Shown one piece after another: positions 38,793 through 52,814 of a stretch of 64,000 nucleotides of DNA. The DNA is from Eledone cirrhosa (Eukaryota). The translations under genes and the position numbers were made by a program. The stretch is taken from contig OZ024741.1 in assembly GCA_964016885.1 (NCBI GenBank), positions 41,664,001-41,728,000 on the forward strand. The letters are read 5' to 3'. A model generated the notes under the pieces. It saw nothing but the letters and a program-made list of their open reading frames with translations. It was not told where the DNA came from and did not search any database. Positions within the stretch are counted from its first letter, which is position 1, and every line of letters begins with the position of its first letter.

Positions 38793-39855
38793 ACACACAG
38801 CCACCACAAAGACCCACACACACAGTCACCACAAAGACCCACCACACACAGCCACCACAAAGACCCACCACACACAGCCACCACAAAGACCCACACACAC
38901 AGCCACCACAAAGACCCACACACACAGCCGCCACAAAGACCCACACACACAGCCACCACAAAGACCCACACACACAGCCACCACAAAGACCCACACACAC
39001 AGCCACCACAAAGACCCACACACACAGCCACCACAAAGACCCACACACACAGCCACCACAAAGACCCACCACACACAGCCACCACAAAGACCCACACACA
39101 GCCACCACAAAGACCCACCACACACAGCCACCACAAAGACCCACCACACACAGCCACCACAAAGACCCACCACACAGCCACCACAAAGACCCACACACAG
39201 CCACCACAAAGACCCACACACACAGCCACCACAAAGACCCACTCACACACCCACCACAAAGACCCACTCACAGCCACCACAAAGACCCACACACACAGCC
39301 ACCACAAAGATCCACACACACAGCCACCACAAAGACCACACACAGCCACCACAAAGATCCACACACACAGCCACCACAAAGACCCACCACACAGCCACCA
39401 CAAAGACCCACCACACACAGCCACCACAAAGACCCACCACACACAGCCACCACAAAGACCCACACACAGCCACCACAAAGACCCACCACACACAGCCACC
39501 ACAAAGACCCACCACACACAGCCACCACAAAGACCCACACAGCCACCACAAAGACCCACACACACAGCCACCACAAAGACACACACACAGCCACCACAAA
39601 GATCCACACACACAGCCACCACAAAGACCACACACAGCCACCACAAAGACCCACACACAGCCACCACATAGACCCACCACACACAGCTACCACAAAGACG
39701 CACCACACATAGCCACCACAAAGACCCACATACACACAGCCACGACAAAGACCCACACACACAGCCACCACAAAGACCCACACACACAGCCACAGAAAGA
39801 CCCACACACACAGCAACCACAGAGACCCACACACACAGCCACAGAAAGACCCACA
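38793..39855. repeat. ~22-26-bp minisatellite (ca)n-gccaccacaaagaccc
   Basis: Direct reading, about 45 units. Confidence 0.95.
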
Positions 39856-40407
39856 AGCCTATTCACATCAATATCATCACCATCACTTCGATTTCATACT
39901 TTATTATACATTCATCAATTCAGGAAGGATAACAGAAGAGAGAGGCGGAGAGAGGGAGAGAGAAGGAAAGGTGAGAGGAGAGAGAGAGAGACAGAGAGAA
40001 GACAGAGACGAAAGAGAAATCAGCTACATTCAACATAGCATACAATTATTTATGTACAAGAATGAATGAATAGCTATATCTCAACTACATTCATTGACAT
40101 ATTTATGGTTGAGTGTATATATGTTTACTTAAGTATATTTATGTTTGAATGTGTATGTATATATATATTATTTGATATTTGCTAATGTATATTCATGTGT
40201 GTATTCATATATGTATGTATACTTATATTTACTTAAGTATATTTATGGGTGAGTATATATATATATAGATAGATGTGTATGTATATATATATACAGTCAC
40301 ACACGTGTAGTTGACAAATAAATATATATGAACAGTAAAGTAATCGTGTTGGTCTAGCTAATTTCGTAAGAATAAATATAAAATGAAACACAAAAAACAA
40401 AGACTAC

Positions 40408-40672
40408 TATCATCATCATCTCATCTTCGTTTAACGTCTATCTTCCACGCTAGCATGGGTTAGGCGAGAGTTGTCCCACTTGAGGCAAGGTTGGTCGGGT
40501 GACCGTGTATCGCTCATATAGGACTATCTGGCAGGTTTTCTACGGCTGGATGCCCTTCCTAACACATTTACACAGTGTGGACTGGGAACATTTTACCGTG
40601 TTTTCCTACACGGCCACATTACAGTTTGGACGGTGTGTTTTTTTCGTTGTGACACCTACACGATCTCGATCG
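40408..40672 (-). mobile_element. RTE 3'-UTR fragment (copy-B type)
   Basis: Reverse complement of ~21610-21878. Confidence 0.8.
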
Positions 40673-40691
40673 ATCTATATATATATATAAA

Positions 40692-40722
<31 letters not shown>

Positions 40723-40775
40723 GGAACCCATGGTAGCATGGAAAATGGACATTAAATAATGATGATCATATATCC

Positions 40776-41602
40776 ATGAGGTGTGTCAGAAAAGAAACAG
40801 AACTGGGGTCTCAAAAAGGAAAAAAACAATTTCAAATCCAAAATCCAAATTATAAATTTTCCCCTTCGAAATAATCCCCCTCAAGTCTAATGCACTTTCC
40901 CATCCTTCTCTGCCATGCCTCCATGCTCTCCTAGAAGGACTCTCCCAGTCCAGAAAATGGGTACCTTGATGACCCTCTTGAGCTTGGGGATAAGGAAAAA
41001 GTCTGGGTCAGTTTCAAGATGTTCAAGTATGTCCTGATACACCGGCATGCACCACTCCATCAGATCTTCATTCAGCAGCTCCAGCACCATCTTTGTGCAG
41101 ATCTTCTGTATGCCCAAATTCTGTCTTGGTTCATACCCAGCTCACTTGCGATCAGTCAAACAGTCAGCTGATGATCACCATCAACCACCTACCTCACATG
41201 CTCAAAGTTGGCCTCAGTCATGCTTGTTAAAGGTCTTCCAGTCCACAGGTCATCTTCCACATCCTCACATCCATCTTTGTGGCACTCTAAAACCAATGAG
41301 TACAACATTGTCATATCTCTGTACACTTGTTGCAGCATTCTGAGAACTTCTGATGAAATTTTCCCCAACCAGACCAGAAAGCTCAGAGTGGTTTGTTGAT
41401 CTGTGCCCATTGCTCAACAGCCTAAAATCGCAGAGCTGTTAAGGAAAGCATGTGAAAAAATATACATTGGCTGCAGAGAGCTGTGATTGCGGTTATATAC
41501 TCCACACGTATTTCGTCACACAATGACACAACATGCTAATCCCTACCTCACTCAGAGGTCATGCAGAACATTAAGACCTGTTACTTTTCTGACACACCTC
41601 AT
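40776..41602 (-). mobile_element. Internally deleted mariner transposon
   Basis: TIRs atgaggtgtgtcagaaaag(a/t)aacag; minus frames LGKISSEVLRMLQQVY..EDVEDDLWTGRPLTS and KICTKMVLELL..LETDP|DFFLIPKLK; catalytic domain absent. Confidence 0.85.
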
Positions 41603-41612
41603 ATATATATAT

Positions 41613-41946
41613 ATCATCATCATCATCATCATCATCACTGTTTTACGTCCGTTCTTCCACGCTAGCATAGGTTAGACGGGTTGTCCTGTTGTGGGCAGTG
41701 TCGGTCAGCTGACCTTGTCTTGCTCATACGGGAACTGATTCTGACTTGATTTCTACAGTTGGATGCCCTTCCTAACACCAACCTCATTTACAGTAAGTGC
41801 TGGGTGCTTTTTTTTCCATGGCGCCTACACATCCACTTTACAGTGTGGGCTGGGTGCTTTTTTGCCATGGCACCTCCACCACCACTTTGGAGTGGAATGA
41901 TAGGGACCCCAGTCCTATTGTCTCATTTCTACAGCTGATTAAACTG
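41613..41946 (-). mobile_element. SINE S1 variant with RTE-B-type tail
   Basis: S1 body, but after cagttcccgt it continues atgagcaagacaagg..aacccgtctaacctatgctagcgtgg. Confidence 0.8.
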
Positions 41947-42256
41947 TGTATATATATATATATAAAACTTTAGTAATAATTACAATCTTGCTGTTATTGG
42001 GTATATACTTAACCAGAAGGTTTAAAGCTTAATGCAGTAGGGTTCATGCAGAGCTGATATATAAAGAATATTTCTGATGATTGAAGTATGAAATCATAAT
42101 GGAACCTTAGATAAAAACTCTTTCTTCGTGAGAAAATTCTAAGATTCCTGATTTTATAGTCTCATATCCTCGGGATGAATCTATCGGTTGAAACTTGTTA
42201 GTTTGACAACATAACTCTTTGGTGCTTAATATTGTTTATATATTAAATAATTGTTT

Positions 42257-42440
42257 CTACTTTTGGCACAAGGCCAACAATTACCCAGTACATTCCTGGT
42301 ACTTTATTTTATCGAACCCAGTAAGGATGAAAGGCAAAGTTAACCTTGGCGGGATTTGAATTCAGAATGGCAAGGGCCGTAACTACATGCGTCAAAGCAT
42401 GATGTCCGACCCTGTACCGATACGGCCAATCCACCGCCCC
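42257..42440 (-). mobile_element. SINE (7085-cluster family) with target-site duplication
   Basis: Flanked by tatattaaataattgt and tatatcaaataattgt. Confidence 0.75.
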
Positions 42441-42461
42441 TATATATCAAATAATTGTAGT

Positions 42462-42814
42462 TAAGATGGGATTCAATCCCCATCATTGTTTATTGCATTA
42501 TATATATTTCTGCTACATGGTTATTCATGTGACTTGTCAGCTGCTTAAACAATCATTGTGATATGCAGGTGATTGCGTAAGCATCTGATGAAGTCACATG
42601 AATAACCATGTAACAGAAATATACATAATGCAAAAAACAATTATGGTGATTTGATCCAGTCTTTATCACCATTATTTGGTAAATGAATACTCTGTCACTA
42701 ATTATCACCTACCTGGGATAAACTACTTGTGTGTAGTGCTTTTGTTCGCTAGGGCGTGCTTATCCTTAGGAAGTTATGACGTAGCAACTAAGGTAAACAA
42801 CACGCTTCTGCAAC
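42462..42814 (+). mobile_element. Fold-back PLE-like relic with an HHR in each arm
   Basis: Arms ~42462-42555 and ~42570-42665; unpaired tail to 42814, then (TA)n. Confidence 0.7.
42581..42631 (+). ncRNA. Type-I hammerhead motif, intact core
   Basis: GCAU-CUGAUGA-A-GUCACAUG(AAUAAC)CAUGUAAC-A-GAAA-UAUACA-UA-AUGC; decayed mirror copy at 42495-42544 (-) has palindromic UAUAUA and AAUAAA. Confidence 0.75.
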
Positions 42815-42851
<37 letters not shown>

Positions 42852-43074
42852 GTATATATATATATATGTATATATATGTATATGTATAAATATGTATATA
42901 TATATATGTATATATATATATGTATATATATCTATATGTATATATATGTATGTATATATATGTATATGTATATGTATATATATGTATATATATATATGTA
43001 TATATATGTATATGTATATATATGTATATATATATATGTATATATATATATATGTATATATATATATGTATATA

Positions 43075-45658
43075 TCATCATCATCATCATCAACGTTTAA
43101 CGTCCGTGTTCCACGCTTGCATGGGTTTGGACGGGGGTAGTCCCACTTGAGGCAAGAGTGATTGTCTTGCTCGCATAGGACTGTCTGGCAGGTTTTCTAC
43201 AGTTGGATGCCCTTCCTAACACCAACCACATTTACAGTGTGGGTCTGGGAGGTTTTTACCGTGTTGCCTACACGGCCACATTACAGCGTGGACTGTGTGT
43301 TTTTTTGTCGTGACACCTACACGATCTCATTTGTTTCGGCCCGGATGGCGCGGCACCAACATAACTTTACATAGGACGGGGTGGTGTGGATGGGGTGGGG
43401 GTGGTGGTGGTGGGACGGGGTGTATTTTGTTAGAGATGCCTACTGGCAAGGCGGGTCTTCTCTGTTACTGAGTACCGCCAAAGGTCTCGGTCCAGTGACA
43501 TTGTCTTGGAGAGGTGTAAGTGTGTGAGGTCGGAGTTTATCAGCTCGTCCCAGGTTTTTCTAGGTCTGCCTATTCCGTGGCTACCGTCTATCTTTATTGC
43601 CCTGCACTTTGTTATACAGCTATCGACTTTCATGCGCATCACGTGTCCATACCAACGTAGCCTTCTCTCGAGTAAACAACATCTGATCCCTCTTATCTCT
43701 AATTTTTTCCTTAGTTCGTTTATGCTTTGCCGTTCACGTATATTACTGTTACACATCCAGCGGAGCATGCAAGCTTCGTTCCTCTCTAGTCTGCGTATAT
43801 CCTCTGCACACAATGCCCAGGTCTCACTGCCATGCAACATTGCTGTTCGTATGCAGGCATCGTACAACCTGCCTTTCATTTTTAGGGAGAACCCTTTAGC
43901 AGCTAATAGTGGTATAAGCTCTCTGAACTTTTTCCAACCAGTTCTGACTCTAGCTACAGTACTTTCAGAGCACCCTCCCCCACTGCTGATTTTATCGCCC
44001 AGGTAACGGAAGCTGTCCACTATTTCTATAGAACCCTCTGCGCAATTGAAAGAGCTAGTATTGTGTGGGCACTTGCTGCTACTTATTGCACCAGAACACC
44101 GGCCACATGTAAAATCTATGTTCTTAGTTAGCTTACCTGTGATCCCACTACATCTTTTATGCACCCATACTTTGCATTTAGGACACAAAATGGAGTTTCT
44201 ACCTACGCCTTTCCTACACACCGAGCACGACCATTTCCCAGAAGGGACCGCCGCCTTGTTTTCTTTCCTACAAACTAGAACTTTGGTCTTAGCCAGGTTA
44301 ATTTTAAGTCCTTTTGACTCTAGGCCGTGCTTCCATGTTTGGAATTTCTTCTCTAGCTCGGCCATTGATTCCGCTATGAGTGTCAGGTCGTCTGCGTATA
44401 GGAGTTCCCATGGGCAGCCTGTCTTGAACTCCTCTGTTATAGCCTGAAGGGCAATAATAAATAGTAGGGGGCTGAGAACAGAGCCCTGATGGACACCAAC
44501 TTTTACGCTAAACTCTTCACTATATTCGTTGTTAATTCTAACCTTGCTGACTGTTTCTTTATACATGGCTTGTATAGCCCTCACAAGCCATTCGTCAACG
44601 CCTAGTTTTCTAAGAGCCCACCAGATAATGGAGCGGGGGACTCTGTCGAAGGCTTTCTCCAAGTCGACAAAAGCTAAGTAGAGGGGTTTACCTTTAGCTA
44701 GGTACTTCTCCTGTAGTTGTCGTACTATGAAAAGAGCGTCTGTGGTACTTTTGCCTGACACAAACCCGAACTGCATTTCATCTAGGTCAATTCTCTCTCT
44801 GATTAGTTGCGCTATTACTTTTTCTGTGACCTTCATGACCTGGTCGATTAATTTAATGCCTCTATAGTTACTCCTATCTAGGGCGTCTCCTTTACCCTTA
44901 TAACAGTTAACGATGATGCTGCTATGCCAGTCCTTCGGAACAACCCCATTCTGTACGACTTGGTTAACTATGCGGGTGACCATGGTGTGTCCCACCGTGC
45001 CAGATGCCTTCAGCATCTCAGCAACTATTTCCGAAGGCCCAGCCGCCTTACCTGTCTTCATATCCTTGATTGCCTTACTTATTATACTCCCCTCGACTAA
45101 CACTGCTGGTCCCTCTATTGGGTCGACATGGGGGAGACTGTCTTTCTCCCATTTATTCTCCTCATTTAGTAGCCTTTCATAGTGACACTTCCAAGCTGCC
45201 TTCTTATCAGTGTCGGTGATGGCAAGTATGCCATCATCGTTAAGTACACACTTCTCCCCGACAATATCACGGTTTTCCTTGACGCATTGCCTAGCAATCC
45301 TGAACACCTCACGTTTTTGGTCATCGCGTTGTAGGACATGCTTGAACTTTCTTTCCTCAGCTTCCCTTCTTGCTAAGTACACTTCTCTCCTAGCTTCCCT
45401 CCTGGCCACTTGATAGTCTACTCTACTTCCCCCATCCCGCCATACTTTCCAAGCCTGCTTTTTGGCCTTAATTGACTCCTCCACCTTACTGTTCCACCAC
45501 CATGTTACTCTCCTCCTGCCTACAGGCCTGCTCCAGCCACAGACTTCGTCTGTGGCCAACAGCAGGTTTGCTTTCAGAAATTCCCACTGTCCCTCTATAT
45601 TGTCCGACTCTAAGTGTTCTTCCTTACTGTCGAAAGCATCAAGTAATATGTTTTGAAA
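43075..45658 (-). mobile_element. RTE LINE copy D (longest), 5'-truncated, APE endonuclease missing
   Basis: (GAT)n tail, 3'UTR, uninterrupted frame from the truncation point; both ends in (TA)n. Confidence 0.98.
43430..45559 (-). CDS. RTE ORF2 remnant: complete reverse transcriptase with internal PHD finger (frame open upstream to ~45658, no true start)
   Basis: TWWWN, GKAAGP, NYRGIKL, QFGF..GKSTTDA, AFVDLEKAFDRV, GVHQGSVLSP, YADD, FRYLG, RLRWYGH. Confidence 0.95.
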   Translation of the reverse strand: MATDEVCGWSRPVGRRRVTWWWNSKVEESIKAKKQAWKVWRDGGSRVDYQVARREARREVYLARREAEERKFKHVLQRDDQKREVFRIARQCVKENRDIVGEKCVLNDDGILAITDTDKKAAWKCHYERLLNEENKWEKDSLPHVDPIEGPAVLVEGSIISKAIKDMKTGKAAGPSEIVAEMLKASGTVGHTMVTRIVNQVVQNGVVPKDWHSSIIVNCYKGKGDALDRSNYRGIKLIDQVMKVTEKVIAQLIRERIDLDEMQFGFVSGKSTTDALFIVRQLQEKYLAKGKPLYLAFVDLEKAFDRVPRSIIWWALRKLGVDEWLVRAIQAMYKETVSKVRINNEYSEEFSVKVGVHQGSVLSPLLFIIALQAITEEFKTGCPWELLYADDLTLIAESMAELEKKFQTWKHGLESKGLKINLAKTKVLVCRKENKAAVPSGKWSCSVCRKGVGRNSILCPKCKVWVHKRCSGITGKLTKNIDFTCGRCSGAISSSKCPHNTSSFNCAEGSIEIVDSFRYLGDKISSGGGCSESTVARVRTGWKKFRELIPLLAAKGFSLKMKGRLYDACIRTAMLHGSETWALCAEDIRRLERNEACMLRWMCNSNIRERQSINELRKKLEIRGIRCCLLERRLRWYGHVMRMKVDSCITKCRAIKIDGSHGIGRPRKTWDELINSDLTHLHLSKTMSLDRDLWRYSVTEKTRLASRHL

Positions 45659-45738
45659 TTTATATATATATATATGTATATATATGTATACATATATATG
45701 TATATATATGTATATATATGTATATATATATATGTATA

Positions 45739-46460
45739 TGGACCACGCATATAAGCAGCAAAGTTGACATGGCCCGCAGAATGTGTTCCTGGATCCTCAG
45801 AACATTCCAGTCGAGAGATTCCCGCACCATTATCCTTCTCTTCTCTACTTTCGCCCGACCACACCTTGAATACTGTTGTCCACTGTGGTCTCCCCACACG
45901 AAACAAAGTATCATGAAACTTGAAGCTCCTCAAAGGGCAATCACGAAAAAGATAGATGGCATGTCAGACCTTGACTACTGGGGTCGATTGGAAAACCTGA
46001 AACTTTACTCACTCCAACGTCGCCGTGAGCGTTATATTATCTGCATGATGTGGAAAATGTTCCATCATCACTGCCCAAATGATGTTGGCATCGCCTTCAA
46101 GATACACCCAAGGCTTGGGCCCCGTGCTATCCGTCCCATTCAAAAATCTAAATCGCAACTCATAACAACAATACGGCACAATTATTTCACCTCAATCGGC
46201 CCTGCTCTCTTCAACATCACACCAGGACACGTCAAAACAGAAACTGACCACACAAAATTCAAGAAGTCTTTGGACAAATTCCTCCAAGTAATCCCGGACA
46301 AACCACCCACACCCGGATATGTCTCCGCAAACAGTAATTCTCTTCTCGAATGGGCCATGGTGCCCAAATCCTGAATTGAAAGACTTCGCCAGGTGGTGCT
46401 ATTAAGTTAGACATGGCCTGGGCCAATACTGGCCAAAACATTTCAAAGTTATTCAAAGTT
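45739..46460 (+). mobile_element. CR1-type LINE 3' fragment
   Basis: Open frame to 46374 with RPHLEYCCPLWSPH..QRAITKKI..DYWGRLENLKLYSLQRRRER; tail ttcaaagtta x2; TA on both sides. Confidence 0.9.
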
Positions 46461-48103
<1,643 letters not shown>

Positions 48104-48217
48104 TAACGAAGGAAATGTGGTAAGGAACCAGGTGGACCATAACGCACCAAAGTACTCAATACTTGAGGTAGTAGAGTGGGTAATAGGAACCAGTAAGACC
48201 CCGGGGTCTTACTGGTT

Positions 48218-48222
<5 letters not shown>
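48104..48222 (-). mobile_element. Family P1 copy with perfect 40-bp loopless palindrome
   Basis: ataggaaccagtaagacccc|ggggtcttactggttcctat (48183-48222) plus conserved tail. Confidence 0.85.
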
Positions 48223-48277
<55 letters not shown>

Positions 48278-48509
48278 TTAGAAACACACAGATACATGCG
48301 GGGGGACACATGTACATGAATGCATCCGCACCCAACCGTGAGTTAAGGGTGCCAACTTCACCGATGTTGCTCAATGAATGACTGGGACAGACCAATCCGG
48401 TTGAACTAGACTGAACCAGTATCAGAGTTAAATATACATTATGAAGAGAGAAGAAACATTTAGATATAATTAGTAATAAAATGTATCATACCTAAACTGC
48501 TCCTAGATT

Positions 48510-48597
48510 CCTCGACTACGTAGTTTCGTGGCATAAACAAAAACAATACATCATAAAGATATAGAGTCCTTGCGAGGTCTGCCGACTTATCAAGAGG
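48510..48597 (-). ncRNA. Hammerhead motif (U3:A8 variant), left-arm copy
   Basis: Reverse complement of 48994-49081. Confidence 0.7.
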
Positions 48598-48992
48598 TTA
48601 ACTCATTTTACTAGTCTCAAGAACGCGTCTACATGACGTGAGAAAGAATCCCAAAAGGCGGAGGGGGAGATAGTCACGCGATATAACGGTCGAGAAACTG
48701 AGCTAAGCCTCTTATAACCCCGAAGAAAATACCACGGAGGCGGAGGGGGTATTTATATCGAAGCCGTAGAAGAGGTGGTGAAGGAGGCGACAAGTATGAG
48801 TAATGGAAGCTTTCCTCTTCTACGGCTTCGATATAATACCCCCCCCCCCGCCTCCGTGGTATTTTCTTCGGGGTTATAAGAGGCTTAGCTCTGTTTCTCG
48901 ACCGTTATATCGCGTGACTATCTCCCCCTCCGCCTTTTGGGATTCTTTCTCACGTCATGTAGACGCGTTCTTGAGACTAGTAAATTGAGGTA

Positions 48993-49082
48993 TCCTCTTG
49001 ATAAGTCGGCAGACCTCGCAAGGACTCTATATCTTTATGATGTATTGTTTTTGTTTATGCCACGAAACTACGTAGTCGAGGA
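48993..49082 (+). ncRNA. Hammerhead motif (U3:A8 variant) with 46-nt loop II
   Basis: UCCUC-UUGAUAA-GUCGGCA(46 nt)UGCCAC-GAAA-CUACGUAG-UC-GAGGA; palindromic stem III, GUC triplet. Confidence 0.72.
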
Positions 49083-49154
49083 ATCTAGGAGCAGTTTAGG
49101 TATGATACATTTTATTACTAATTATATCTAAATGTTTCTTCTCTCTTCATAATG

Positions 49155-49231
<77 letters not shown>

Positions 49232-49242
49232 GAATATATATG

Positions 49243-49292
<50 letters not shown>

Positions 49293-49293
<1 letters not shown>

Positions 49294-50402
49294 CATCATC
49301 ATCATCATCAACATTTAACGTCCGTGTTCCACGCTTGCATGGGTTTGGACGGGGGTAGTCCCACTTGAGGCAAGAGTGATTGTCTTGCTCGCATAGGACT
49401 GTCTGGCAGGTTTTCTACAGTTGGATGCCCTTCCTAACACCAACCACATTTACAGTGTGGGTCTGTGAGGTTTTTACCGTGTTGCCTACACGGCCACATT
49501 ACAGCGTGGACTGTGTGTTTTTTTGTCGTGACACCTACACGATCTCATTTGTTTCAGCCTGGATGGTGTGGCACCAACATAACTTTACATAGAAGGGGGC
49601 GGTGTGGATGGGGTGGGGGTGGTGGGACGGGGTGTATTTTGTTAGAGATGCCTACTGACTGTAGTAGGTTTTACTATGTATTTAGGTAAGGCGGGTCTTC
49701 TCTATTACTGAGTACCGCCAAAGGTCTCGGTCCAGTGACATTGTCTTGGAGAGGTGTAAGTGTGTGAGGTCGGAGTTTATCAGCTCGTCCCAGGTTTTTC
49801 TAGGTCTGCCTATTCCGTGGCTACCGTCTATCTTTATTGCCCTGCACTTTGCTATACAGCTATCGACTTTCATGCGCATCACGTGTCCATACCAACGTAG
49901 CCTTCTCTCGAGTAAACAACATCTGATTCCTCTTATTTCAATTTTTTCTTTAGTTCGTTTATGCTTTGCCGTTCACGTATATTACTATTACACATCCAGC
50001 GGAGCATGCAAGCTTCGTTCCGCTCTAGTCTGCGTATATCCTCTGCACACAATGCCCAGGTCTCACTGCCATGCAACATTGCTGTTCGTATGCAGGCATC
50101 ATACAACCTGCCTTTCGTTTTTAGGGAGAACCCTTTAGCGGCTAATAGTGGTATAAGCTCTCTGAACTTTTTCCATCCAGTTCTGACTCTAGCTACAGTA
50201 CTTTCAGAGCACCCTCCCCCACTGCTGATTTTGTCACCCAGGTAACGGAAGCTGTCCACTATTTCTATAGAGCCCTCTGCGCAGTTGAAAGAGCTAGTAT
50301 TTTGTGGGCACTTGCTGCTACTTATTGCACCAGAGCACCGGCCACATGTGAAATCTATGTTCTTAGTTAGCTTACCTGTGATCCCACTACATCTTTTATG
50401 CA
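49293..50402 (-). mobile_element. RTE LINE copy E, 5'-truncated
   Basis: Near-identical to copies A and D; 1-bp frameshift near 49940; TA on both sides. Confidence 0.96.
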
Positions 50403-51370
<968 letters not shown>

Positions 51371-51706
51371 TATATGTATATATATGTATGTATATATATA
51401 TATACATATTTATACATATAATATATGTACACACATATTTGTATGACTATATCATATGTATAAATATATCATAGATAGATAGATAGATAGATATATGATA
51501 TATTTAAACATATATGATATATTTATACAAATATGTGTGTGTACATATATAACTATTTTTATAGAGAAATGATTGCTACAGGACTGGGACTGTTTCATTC
51601 ATATGAAATCATATATATATATGATAGGGAGAGACAGAGTTACATATAGGCACCTATACACACACACACACACACAATTATATATGTATATATATATATG
51701 TGTGTG

Positions 51707-51750
<44 letters not shown>

Positions 51751-51751
<1 letters not shown>

Positions 51752-52089
51752 GGAGTCACATGGCTTAGTGGTTAGACCATTGACCTTGCAATCGAAAGGT
51801 TGTGAGTTCAATTCTCAGACCGGGTGATGTATTGTTTCCTTGAGCAAGACACTTTATTTCACATTGCTCCAGTTTACTCGGCTGTAGAAATAAGATGATA
51901 GGACTGGGCTCCTTATCATTCCACTGCAAAGTGGTCGTGGAGATGCAACGGCAAAAAAGCACCCAGCATACACTGTAAATGAGGTTGGTGTTAGGAAGTG
52001 CATCCAGCTGTAGAAATCAAGCCAGAATCAGTTCCCGTCCCACCCTTGCAAGCAGGGAAAAAGCGGACGTAAAATGAAACGATGATGAT
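51751..52089 (+). mobile_element. Full-length SINE S1
   Basis: A/B boxes, central box, RTE-F-type tail; in TA. Confidence 0.9.
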
Positions 52090-52124
52090 ATATATATATA
52101 TATAAATATATATATATATGTGCA

Positions 52125-52167
<43 letters not shown>

Positions 52168-52814
52168 GTGAGTGTCTGTGTGTGTATATATATAGAGAGA
52201 GAGAGAGAGCGAGGGAGGGATGGAGAGAGAGGGGGGGAGGGATAGAGAGGGAGGGAGGGAGGGAGGGATAGAGAGAGGAGGGAGGGAGAGAGAGTGGAGG
52301 GTGGGAGAGAGAGAGAGAGATAGATTGAAAGATTGAGAGAGGGAGAAAGAGATGGACAGACAATCAGTCAGACAGACAAGCAGGGAGGCTAATAGATAGA
52401 TAGACATGCAGATAGAGAGACAAACAGACAGGCAGACAGACAGACAGATAGATAGAAGAGAAAGAAATGGAGAGAATAGCGAATGTAGAAAGCAAACATG
52501 TAGTTGAATATATGGTTTGTTTTTCTTTGAGCTTTTCATGTCTCCGCTGCCTCCCATAGTCTCCACGACTGATAAAGGAAGTTTCTATCAACACATGAAA
52601 TAACACTAAGAAAAAAAACAAACAACAACAACAACAAATGTTGCTGTCGTTATATAGGAAAGTGCCCATTGGCTTGAACAACTGTCCAACTATTATTCGA
52701 ATATCAATATATTGACATCTGACTATCAAAAAAAGATCAATAAATTGATCCAAAAATATACTTGAAGTTCCACATCAATCATATATAATAATAATAATAA
52801 TAATAACAGCAAGG

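Larger units (their letters stand above)
48432..49159. repeat. ~344-bp near-perfect inverted repeat with a 38-nt spacer
   Basis: 48432-48775 pairs with 48814-49159 with only a few mismatches. Confidence 0.95.

Noticed and set aside
38585-39856. Cys/Trp-rich keratin-associated-like ORFs
   Set aside because: Translation of a minisatellite with variable unit length
43506-45413. Plus-strand ORFs overlapping RTE copy D
   Set aside because: Antisense shadows of the RT frame
52500-52620. Possible minus-strand host exon (METMGGSGDMKSSKK)
   Set aside because: No recognisable homology and no clear splice donor; cannot be supported without RNA data
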